Shown one piece after another: positions 54,240-64,000 of a DNA stretch of 64,000 bases. The notes under the pieces were generated by a model. That model worked only from the letters and a program-made list of their open reading frames with translations. It did no database searches and was not told where the DNA came from. The stretch comes from Octopus vulgaris (lineage: Eukaryota). Every line of letters starts with the position of its first letter. Position 1 is the first letter of the stretch. The position numbers and the translations under genes are program-made. The DNA is taken from contig OX597834.1 in assembly GCA_951406725.2 (NCBI GenBank), positions 5,518,001 to 5,582,000 of the forward strand, in the 5' to 3' direction.

Positions 54240-55712
54240 GATTATGTTATTAACCACCTCGGGCGGCGATTCCGATTTGCACTTCAGGAATAGCGAACGC
54301 CATCAGCAGCTATTCTAGCGGTTATTTGTCAGAACTGGATAGGGTTCCTTTTGAACATTATTGCAGAATGCAGACTATTTGGCACTCTCATGGTAGAGGG
54401 TTTCTGGAACTGACAACAGATTGCAAAAATTCTAAGTTAAGCAAGCCGGAGTGATATCGCGATAATGAAAAAACAAGGAGGTAATATAAAAAAATTTCTT
54501 GATCTTAACGTTTGGTTGATGCTTGATTCGAATATGCTCAGACCAGCACAAACTGTGAGATCCCGGATTCATCTTCCTGAGACAATATTCACTTGCGATG
54601 CATGTACTGGAGCGCTGATCAACTTAAATCAATTTAAATCGTTCGATAGAAATGATCATTCATGCATTGTTGCTGCTGCAATACGTAACGATGAAGGAAA
54701 TTGGGAATAAAGAGAGTAAGACCAAACAAAAGTCTAAAAATGCGGTCTCGAAGGAGCCTGAAATTTACGGTTTTATGAAAGAATAATTTATTCATTGCCC
54801 AAAGGAGGCTAAACACAGAGGGGACAAACAAGGACAGACAAAGGGATTTTAATCGATTACATCGACCCCAGTGCGTAACTGGGATTTATTTAACCGACCC
54901 CCAAAGGATGAAAGGCAGAGTCGACCTCGGCAGAATTTGAACTCAGAACGGCAGACGAAATACCTGTTTCTTTACTACCTACAAGGGGCTAAACACAGAG
55001 AGGACACACAAGGACAGACAAACGAATTAAGTCGATTATATCAACCCCAGTGTGTAACTGGTACTCCGAAAGGATGAAAGGCAGAGTCGACCTCGGCAGA
55101 AATTGAACTCAGAACGTAACGGCAGGCGAAATACATATTTCTTTACTGCCCACAAGGGGCTAAACACAGAGGGGAAAAACAAGGACAAACAAACGAATTA
55201 AGTCGATTATATCGACCCCAGTGCGTAACTGGTACTTATTTAATCGACCCCCGAAAGGATGAAAGGCAAAGTCGACCTCGGCGGAATTTGAACTCGGAAC
55301 GTAACGGCAGACGAAATACCTTTACGCATTTCGCCCGGCGTGCTAACGTTTCTGCCAGCTCGCCGCCTTATGAAAGGAAATTATTGGCATATTTAATGTA
55401 ATTCTAAACGGCCCAAATGTGTTAAACACCGTACGGTTTGAGGAGGTGTAAGGTGAAAACTAAGAGCCCTTCAATAATAAAGGGTTAATAAGGACAATAT
55501 TTTGCTGTCTGTCAGCAGCTAAGAGACTACAGAAAAGAATATGTAGGTTCCTTCACGGTTCAGCTAAATCCAAAATGCAAAACTGTTAAATATCAGTTCG
55601 AATAATTTGCTGTAGTAATTGGCGCATAATTGTTAAGACGTTCGTAGCTCTCATCTTATCAATGTCGTGGCTTAATCCCCCTTGTGTTTGTGAATTTCTT
55701 CGTTATATCTAA
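54240..55712 (+). pseudogene. Decayed iGluR/IR-like gene split by a SINE trimer
   Basis: NADYL, SDIAIMKKQGGNIKKFLDLNVWLML (cf. GISIMIKKP...FLDPLAYEIW), PAQTVRSRI, ACTGALINL and FKSFD. After the SINE come KSP and an M4-like TFVALILSM..VCEFLRY. The M1/M2 bodies appear deleted. Confidence 0.5.
54790..55368 (-). mobile_element. SINE family A trimer
   Basis: Three units with junctions at about 54963 and 55134 and the head at about 55365; flanked by ttatgaaag duplicates. Confidence 0.93.
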
Positions 55713-56014
55713 ATGCATTCGAGCAAATTATTAACCTCTTCCAATATATTTTATTATGTTTTTTTATCTTTTTTGCCGCCCTTCCAAACCTCCACTCCCT
55801 TTTGTTTAACACGTTTATATGTCAAGAGACTGTCGTTAATAAAGAGACAATCATCATCATCATCATCATCATCAGTATTCTTTTTCTTCTTATTATTATT
55901 TCTCTTTATCACAGGTTTTGTTGGAACTCCTAGAGACTTTAGTTGAAGCTCCTGAAGTCGCTTTGTTGGAGCTCAGCTCCTGTTATTATTATTATTAGTA
56001 GTATTATTATTATT

Positions 56015-57323
56015 ATTATTACTGTTATTATTTTCCTTTCTTTCTTCAAATTTTCTTCCGTTTCTCGCCGAGTGTTTTCCGTACACCTAGGGCAGAGAAG
56101 CTCATTGTATGCATTCCCAGATTACACACGCAAATTCACAGGTAAAATATGTATTTAAAAATTAATAAATAAATAAATTCAGGAATGGATGTTGTTTTCA
56201 CAGCGATAATGCTCTTCTCAGTACATGAGCTGTTCCAGTTAATACGATTTTATGCACTTCCTGTAGGGATGGTAAGCCTGGAATCATTTTCAAATACGTT
56301 TCAGTACCTTTTTTTTTACCATTCCTAGAGATCCTACAATCATTGGTACTGTAGTCGCCTTGAGATGCCACATTTTTTCAATTTCTATTAGAGAGTCTTT
56401 ATATTTACTGATCTTGTCAAATTCTTTCGCCGCTATATTGTGATCGCAAGGAATACTTCTGTCAATTAATAAACACATCTTTTTTTTTCTGATCTTTTAT
56501 AATAATATCCGGTTTATTAGCTTTTGTAGAGAATCGACACATTTTCTCACTCAGTCACAGCTTCAGGATGGTATTTATACCATTTGTCTGCGATTTTGAT
56601 TTTATAATGCCGACATATTGTCCAATGTAAATACTGGCCGATTCTGTCATGTCTTGCCTTATATTCTACATGTGATAAGACTCTACACCCTGAGATTAGG
56701 TGGTCTTTAGTTTCAATCTCATCGTTATAGAAACGGCATTTTGGGTCAGCTTCATTTTTTATCACATTGGCTTGGTTCATCCGGGTTAATAAGCTTTGGT
56801 CTTAAGCAGCTAATATGAAACAGTCACTCTCTGCTTTTAGCCCTGAGCTTCGTAACCGTTGGTGCGTGTGTTTTTGGTCGACATCAGCTTGTTTGCTAAG
56901 GGCCACATACTTGCCATGCAGAGGTTTCTGTTCCCATCTGCTAGCTAAATTTTCATGTGCTTTTGTCTTTGCAATTAATTTTATTTTATTTGCAGCAGCA
57001 GGTGGCGCATTTCTTCCAACCTGATCAATATGGTAGGTATCTAAGAGATCAGTAGCGAATTTTTTGCTCTCTTTCAGAATAGAATATTTCTTTGTCGGTT
57101 TGAACCAGCATATCCCAGATGATTGTGGCCTGGTCGCTGTCTTGTACCTTGCTTGGCACATGCTTATACCACCTGCTGTCAGTTTTGATGTAATGTAGGC
57201 ACAATGTCCTGTGGATATAACTGTTTACTCTGACGTGTCCGTTTATATATTCAGACTTGGAAAGGATTGGGCAGCCCGAGATGATGCAGTCAACCGTCTT
57301 ATTGTGCTGGTTGCACATTCTGC

Positions 57324-57325
<2 letters not shown>
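56015..57325 (-). mobile_element. Two fused R4/Dong-like LINE fragments
   Basis: 57325-57085 encodes CNQHNKTVDCIISGCP..IWDMLVQTDKEI. It is joined to an upstream-restarting fragment at 57090-56015 (WEQKPLHGKY, LRSSGLKAE, CRF..ETKDHLISGC, CLLID.SIP..DKISKYKD, 3' UTR). Confidence 0.88.
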
Positions 57326-57389
<64 letters not shown>

Positions 57390-57432
57390 CATTATTATTA
57401 TTATTATTATCATTATTATTATTATTATTATT

Positions 57433-57608
57433 GAGTGAGAGAGCAGTTCATGCCATCAAAGTGACACTGGGGTAAAATATACGAAGCCCAATATACCCAT
57501 CATGACTACCCGTCTGATAAGGGTACACTAATCACTTGCATCACAACCATATGTGCGCGACATGGTGATCTCATAGCAAGATAAACAGCACATGACCTTA
57601 TGATTATG

Positions 57609-57671
<63 letters not shown>

Positions 57672-58237
57672 ATTATTATTATTGAATGAGAGAGCAGTGC
57701 ATACCATCAAAGTGACACTGGGGTAAAATATACGAAGCCCAGTACACCCATCATGACTACCCGTCTGATAAGAGTACACCAGGCACATGCATCACAACCA
57801 TATGTGCGCGACATGGTGATCTCATAGCAAGATAAACAGCACATGACCTTGCATGTGGGGCCCAGTTAGAATTTTTTTCTGGTCGAGTAGCCCATCCTAC
57901 TCAAAAGGTCCCTGAATAAGGATTGTTTAAGGATGTTGAATGAAACACCCATGTTTCCAAAGGTGAGTTATCAAAACCTCTAAGAATTCCTTTCAACTCA
58001 CGGCTATGATGCTCCCCAACTACTTCTGCTCGAGATCAGAGATGCACATATCGTCAGCCACTAAGGGACATGCTCAACTGGTTAAGGTCAAACAACTGAC
58101 AAGCAAATCTGTCATATTGAGCAGAATATTTGCTGTAGCCCATCTTTTATACCAAGCCAAAACAATGTACATAACTCTTCCAATCAGTTAAGATCGGAAG
58201 CTATGAGAGCCACTGCCTGGTACTGCATCAGAGCATA

Positions 58238-58238
<1 letters not shown>
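57433..58238 (-). mobile_element. Non-coding (AAT)n-associated retroelement: about 170-bp stub plus about 555-bp copy
   Basis: 57433-57600 duplicates 57685-57850. Each copy is bounded by (ATT)n, and a third stub lies at 14062. Confidence 0.75.
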
Positions 58239-58276
<38 letters not shown>

Positions 58277-58284
58277 CATTAAGA

Positions 58285-58690
58285 CAATAGATTATGAAAA
58301 TCACTTGAGCATCGGACAAGATAGCTTGTATTCAGTTAAGGCCCATTACTATATTACATTATCACTAGCTTTGGAGCTGGACAACATCAACAAGACCCCT
58401 GGAGACTTAAATACTCAATGATATTTATATACTGAATCCTCTTTCAGGGGGCAGCATCGTACGATTTGACATCGTCAGTGGTGGCAAGCGTGAAACAATG
58501 CTGCACTGCTGCAGAAGTCTTATAGAAGCTTACAGAAGTTTCTCAATTCCCATTCTTACTGAGGCAGACGTAATTGGTAAATGAAATGTCAATAACGGTT
58601 GCTATCAGTCAAGTGAAGTATAAAATCATTGTACAAACAAGGTGCTATGTAGTCAGTGAATAGAGGCGATATAAATAAATTTCTATGAGT
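58285..58690 (-). pseudogene. Decayed iGluR/IR-like remnant (pre-M1 to M3)
   Basis: NLFISPLFTDYIAPCL, ILYFT*LIATVI, IIEYLSLQGSC*CCP and LNTSYL. Confidence 0.33.
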
Positions 58691-58797
58691 GTATATATAT
58701 ATATATATATATAAACTTGCATACATATATGTGTGTATTTGTGTGTGCATATATATATATATATATATGTTTGTGTGTGTGTATATGTGCATATATG

Positions 58798-58838
<41 letters not shown>

Positions 58839-59018
58839 ATATATATATGTATGTATATGAACATATCTATATGTATACATATACATACACATATCTATAT
58901 ATATAATGTATAATTATATATACACATACATATACATATATATATATGTACGTTTATATGTATGTATATTATTTGTGTATATATCTATATGTACATTTCT
59001 AAATGTGTGTGCATATGC

Positions 59019-59078
<60 letters not shown>

Positions 59079-59082
59079 GTTT

Positions 59083-60270
59083 ACACATCGCTGGTAGACT
59101 GCGAGAGTGGCTGCAGGATTTCCTGAAGGGCAGAAGTCAGGCTGTCACAGCAAATAGTGCTCTCTCCGAAGTGACACTAATCTTCAGTGGAGTCCCCTAG
59201 GGAACAGTGCTGGGACCACTACTGTTTATGGTTGCTCTCTCAGACATGCCCTCAGCCATAGAGTCAGCCGCATTAACCAGCTACGCCAACGATGCAAAAG
59301 TATCGCAGTCTGTCAAGGATCCTACTGACATCCTAAGGCATCAAAATGACCTGAACGTAATATATTAGTGGGCAGATGAGAATGATATGCAGTTCAATGC
59401 CGCAAAATTTCAAGCTCTTCGCTGTCAGCCCACAAACTACAAACGAACTACAAGGGACCAGCAGGCAAAGTGATCCCAGAGTTAGTGTCGGTGCGCGACC
59501 TTGGAATCCATATGAGTAACGACAAAACTTTCCATGTGCACATTCCTCAAATGGGAACACTATGCAGGCGGGTGGCAGGTTGGATCCTTAGATCCCTCAG
59601 GACCAGGAACAGAGACACAATGCTTCTACTTTGGAGAACCTTTGTACTCATTCGTCTGGACTTCTGCTCCCAACTCTGGTCACCACAGAGCGTAAAACTG
59701 ACTGCGGAACAAGAGGCAACCCAGCGCCATAACAGAAAGAAGATAGACGCAGTAAAACACATGGGCCACTGGGAGAAGTTAAAGGAACTGGGATTCTACT
59801 CCCCGGAGAAGAGACGTGGGCGATACGCAATGCTATACATATGGAAAAGATATTGAAGGGTCTACCGCCAAACTTCGGAATCGAAATTTACAGTAATCTC
59901 CAAACTGGACGGGATTACACCGTACCAAAGCTCCCATCTTCTCCATCGAGGATTCGAACCCAATATTGGAATAGCTTGAGCTACTACAAATTTTTAATGC
60001 CCTTCCTGCAGAACATCAGGGATCTGCGAGGTGTAGAAATGGAAATCTTCAAAAAAAAAAAAAAGAAAAACGTCTAGATACTCTTTTTTATATTTGCAGT
60101 ACCGGATGAACCCACAACGCGGCAGGAGGCGGAAAGAAGAGCGGCAACGTCCAACTCGTTACTTCATCAGAGCAATACTGGAAAAATCCCCGGATGCAGT
60201 GAAGACGGTGCACCAGCACGGCCTCAGCATCTGGTTGAAACCCGTAAAAGAAAATAATAAGATAAAATAA
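59083..60270 (+). mobile_element. CR1-clade LINE, 5'-truncated, defective
   Basis: [54 protein letters not shown] and RLDFCSQLWSP, then a 3' tail ending gtaaaagaaaataa. Confidence 0.93.
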
Positions 60271-60297
60271 TTTATTTTATATATGTACATATATACG

Positions 60298-60381
<84 letters not shown>

Positions 60382-60413
60382 TGTGTGTTTGTGTATATAT
60401 ATGTGTATATATA

Positions 60414-60704
60414 TCTATTATATAAAATCCGTTCTGTCTGTCTGTGTGTGTGTCTTCTAGGTTTTCGGGCATCCTCCATCCAATTGCGTTCAAATTTGAT
60501 ATGTAGATACCGACGGTATCAGGGCGTGTAAAAATCTTGAAAAAATTACAAAACTCGATTCCAGGTGAGAATGCGATCAATAAAGTTATATATTTATAAA
60601 TATACAATGAATATTTGAATTATATATATATATACATATATATATAAAAGATGTTTTGAAAGAATTTGGTTTAAATGTTTGACAACTCGGGGGCGTTTTG
60701 CTCG
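60414..60704 (+). mobile_element. Probable non-autonomous Helitron, third family
   Basis: A|TCtattatataaaatccgttctgtctgtctg 5' end; degenerate 3' end caactcggggg..gCTCG|t. Confidence 0.5.
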
Positions 60705-61029
60705 TATATATATATATATATAAACATGCTTGCATATATATCTATAAAGTATATATATATATATATATATAAACATGCTTGCATATATATCTATAATGTA
60801 TATATACACATATACACTCTAACCAAAATTTAGCCTTCCCTGCGATGTTCTTGACTAGCTCCCGTTTGGGGCTTTTTTGTGCTTTCTGTCTAAAGGCACA
60901 AAACAGATCATAAATAAATCGAAAATTTGAAGAACCTATAAAAAAAAAAGACATGAAATGATATCAATAATTCTTTATTTGCATAAATGTAATTTATCCA
61001 GCGTAAATGTGCCCCGTCAAAACTTCAAC

Positions 61030-62520
61030 ACATCTTATGGAACCTTAATAATACGGATTTTAATTGAAGAGTCCCGTGTAAAATGTATCCACAATGAAAG
61101 AAGTCGGTCATTACCGTATTTGATGGACTACTGCAAGCAAAATTGTAAATTAGTCTTGATGTATATTCATACTTGTGTAATATTTTAGTGCGAATCTAGT
61201 CTTATGTTCATAAATAATTATATTGATGGGTGTGGGCATTTCATCTGATTATAAAGATATATTGTGCAATATTGGTTTCAGATTTTATAACAAGCCAACG
61301 ATTTTGGCGGGAGAGATTAAGACAATTACATCGACTCCAGTATTCTACTAGTAGAATGGTGTGTAACTGGATCAAAAGGCTTTGGAAAAATTGAGATTTC
61401 TGTGATTTTAAAAACGTTTTTTAATATTTTTTTTTATATTCTTTATTCTCCAAGATTCATTCTTTGAGATTATTGTTACCAGATTGGCAGAATACTTAGA
61501 GCATAAAAAAAATACCTTGTGGTATTTGTTACCGCTCTTTACATTCTGAAATAAAATCTCTCTAAGGTCAACTTTGCCTTTCATCCTTTCATTGTCAATA
61601 AGTAAAGTAACCACTCAAGTTACTTGGGATCAATTTCTGGCCCTATCAATTTCTAACAGAAAATGGTTTGGCTTCACCCTGAACCATTCAGTTTTTATTC
61701 TGTAACGATTCCGAAAGGATAAAGGACAAAGTGAACCTCGGCGGAATTTGAACTCGGAACGAATTTCGGCCAGCTCGTCACCTTGACATTTTATGCAATA
61801 TTGCAATAGCTCATCTCTGGTCAGGTGAGCCTTAAAGGGTCTTGGTTGAGAAGGTACATGATTTCGGTGATTACCTGTTTATTGTTTTTGGTGTAACTCA
61901 TCTAGAATTGCGTTATCCATTTTTAAAGAATCGACTTAGATTCAAAAGATATTTATTTCCAACTATAAGTAGGGCGCAAGACCGGACATTTACCGTTTTG
62001 TCCATGTGTTTACTTTTGTTGCTTTCTATGTTACTTCTAGTTTTTGTTTTGATTTGATCTTTGCTATCGAACGACATTTTTCACATTTATATTTCAACAC
62101 AGCGAGAGGTTTGCTGACTGATGCTACAGAAAGAGCAATTTTCACACAACGTTGACACTTGCTACTGACTACTTTGTTTATCGTTGTAATAGAATGTACA
62201 TCTACAGTATAATCTATTGGTCCTTATTATTGAAAGTGTCGTGGGGAGATTTGCTGTCGTTCAGAGAATGTCTCGTTGCTGGACCGTTTTTGTTGCAGAA
62301 AAGCTGCATGTAGAATAACCGAAGCAAACCCGTGAACATTTAACTGAAATATATATTGTCGAACATAAAGGTATTTAGTGTTGGGTATTTCCAATGAACA
62401 ATATTAATAAATACTGACTGGACGTAAGAAAAACTGCTTTGAAATTATAGAAAGCTGTTTTGTGACAACATGCGGTTAGTTCAAATATGCACAGTCATCT
62501 GCATAAATCTCCGTGGCGTC
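61030..62520 (+). pseudogene. Best-preserved decayed iGluR/IR-like gene (S1, M1, pore, M3, S2)
   Basis: TLIIRILIEESRV (cf. kainate-type LIVTTILEEPYV), MDYC, CNIAIAHL..EKVHDFGDYLFIVFGVTHL (cf. ADIAIAPL..EEVIDFSKPFMSLGISI), hydrophobic VLSMCLLLLLSMLLLVFVLI, LMLQK, YIYSI..SLLLKV..LLSFRE and NCFEIIESCF. SINEs at 61275-61793 are bracketed by the duplicate tgcaatattg. Confidence 0.58.
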
Positions 62521-62745
62521 TGCATGGCAGGAGTGGAGGATCGAGTCAGCCAGCCGCCTTCAACACTGCCATTAGAAAAGCGCAAAAAAAGCGATTTATT
62601 TTAAAGGGAACTAGAGAAAAAATTCGAGAAAACCACACAACGTCGTAGCCTCACGCTTATTGATCAATTTATAGATTGACGAAGTGAAACTATTGTGTTT
62701 CATCCGTGGTGTCTGACCGAGTATCTAGCGGTTAGGATCCAAACA

Positions 62746-63062
62746 TTTTCTTTATTTTGGCACTCAGGCCACAAATATAGAGGGGACACTACAAGGACAG
62801 ACACAACACCACAGTGGGGACCAAAAACACAAAACGAATAAGTATGAATATTATATAATAATGAAAGATGAATGGCTGCGTGGGCCCCACTCCTCATGCA
62901 GTACCATTTGAACATTTGTACTCACAGTCACTATTTGTTGATTTTTCTTTATCATTTTTTCAAAAACTTTTTCCTTTCTTTTTTCCTTTTTTTTTTTAAA
63001 AAAAAGAAAGAAATTATTATTTTTTTCTTTTAACGTCTCATATACTGCTCAAGTTCTAACAA
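62746..63062 (-). mobile_element. Retro-insertion with 23-bp TSD whose 3' end resembles the SINE A tail
   Basis: atctagcggttaggatccaaaca at 62723-62745 and 63063-63085. The minus-strand end is gtctgtccttgtagtgtcccctctatatttgtggcctgagtgccaaaataaagaaaa. Confidence 0.75.
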
Positions 63063-63592
63063 ATCTAGCGGTTAGGATCCAAACAACCGCTACAAATATG
63101 CAGCTTTCTTACACAGCTGACAATTTCAAATGACTTTACAGCTTTTCCACACTGTTGAAGGTTGCTATTCGCCGTATAACAAAATCTGTAAGCAGCAGCT
63201 ATTGGCTGTGCAGCATTTAGCTGACAGAACCGTTTGTATATTGTGTTAGCAATTGTTACATATTGTAAACTTTTTCTTTTTGTAGACTGCAGGAACCAGA
63301 TTTAACAGATTTCATATTCTGCTGAGTGTTACTGTTGATATTACAGATTTCATGAACCGTTAAACGTTGCTATTAGATGTATTATTTTCTAAAATGCCAA
63401 AAGTTGCTACAGACTTTACAGCTTTCATTTTCTGTTAACAGTTACTATTGATTATCCAACTGTCATATTCTGTTGAATGTTGCAACTGTATATTCAGGTT
63501 TCATAAAATAGTGGTACATGATTACCTAAAACTAGAATTTTTAAGAGCTTCGTAATAAGTAAGCAATATATATATATATATATATCTTTCTT

Positions 63593-63937
63593 TCTCTTTT
63601 ACTTGTTTCAGTCATTTGACTGCGGCCATGCTGGAGCACCGCCTTTAATCGAGCAACTCGACCCCGGGACTTATTCTTTTGTAAGCCCAGTACTTATTCT
63701 ATCGGTATCTTTTACCGAACCGCTAGGTAACGGGGACATAAACACACCAGCATCGGTTGTCAAGCAATGTTAGGGGACAAACACAGACACACAAACACAC
63801 ACACACGCATATATATATATACATATATATACGACGGGCTTCTTTCAGTTTCCGTCTACCAAATCCACTCACAAGGCTTTGGTCGGCCCGAAGCTATAGT
63901 AGAAGTCACTTGCCCAAGTTGCCACGCAGTGGGACTG

Positions 63938-63938
<1 letters not shown>
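63593..63938 (-). mobile_element. SINE family B, head truncated
   Basis: Tail, central microsatellite and CORE-like part are present. Confidence 0.9.
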
Positions 63939-63988
<50 letters not shown>

Positions 63989-64000
63989 TAATACGTGACA

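Noticed and set aside
54790-55368. CRISPR-like regularly spaced repeats
   Set aside because: The units are whole 180-bp SINE bodies without unique spacers, in a eukaryotic context with no cas genes.
58170-58238. HDV-like or twister ribozyme at the 5' end of the (AAT)n element
   Set aside because: I could not fit the required pseudoknot pairings by eye; only simple hairpins are evident.

Overview
AT-rich, microsatellite-dense animal genomic DNA. The SINE families suggest an octopus or other coleoid cephalopod; this is recognition only and was not searched. I found no intact protein-coding gene, and most ORF-track entries are translations of (TA)n, (TG)n, (ATT)n, (GAA)n or (TATG)n repeats. Recognisable repeats are: two abundant tRNA-derived SINE families plus one copy of a third; R4/Dong-type non-LTR fragments in (AAT)n; CR1 and RTE LINE fragments; a full-length but dead Hsmar1-like mariner; non-autonomous Helitrons; and Penelope-like element (PLE) remnants carrying hammerhead-ribozyme motifs and fold-back inverted repeats. 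The main unexpected signal comes from hand translation across stops and frameshifts. Most non-repeat islands give colinear remnants of ionotropic glutamate receptor / variant ionotropic receptor (IR) motifs (S1, pre-M1/M1, pore, M3, S2, M4). This suggests a dense cluster of about 14 heavily decayed IR-like pseudogenes, several in convergent pairs. That call rests on manual motif matching and needs a frameshift-aware profile search.
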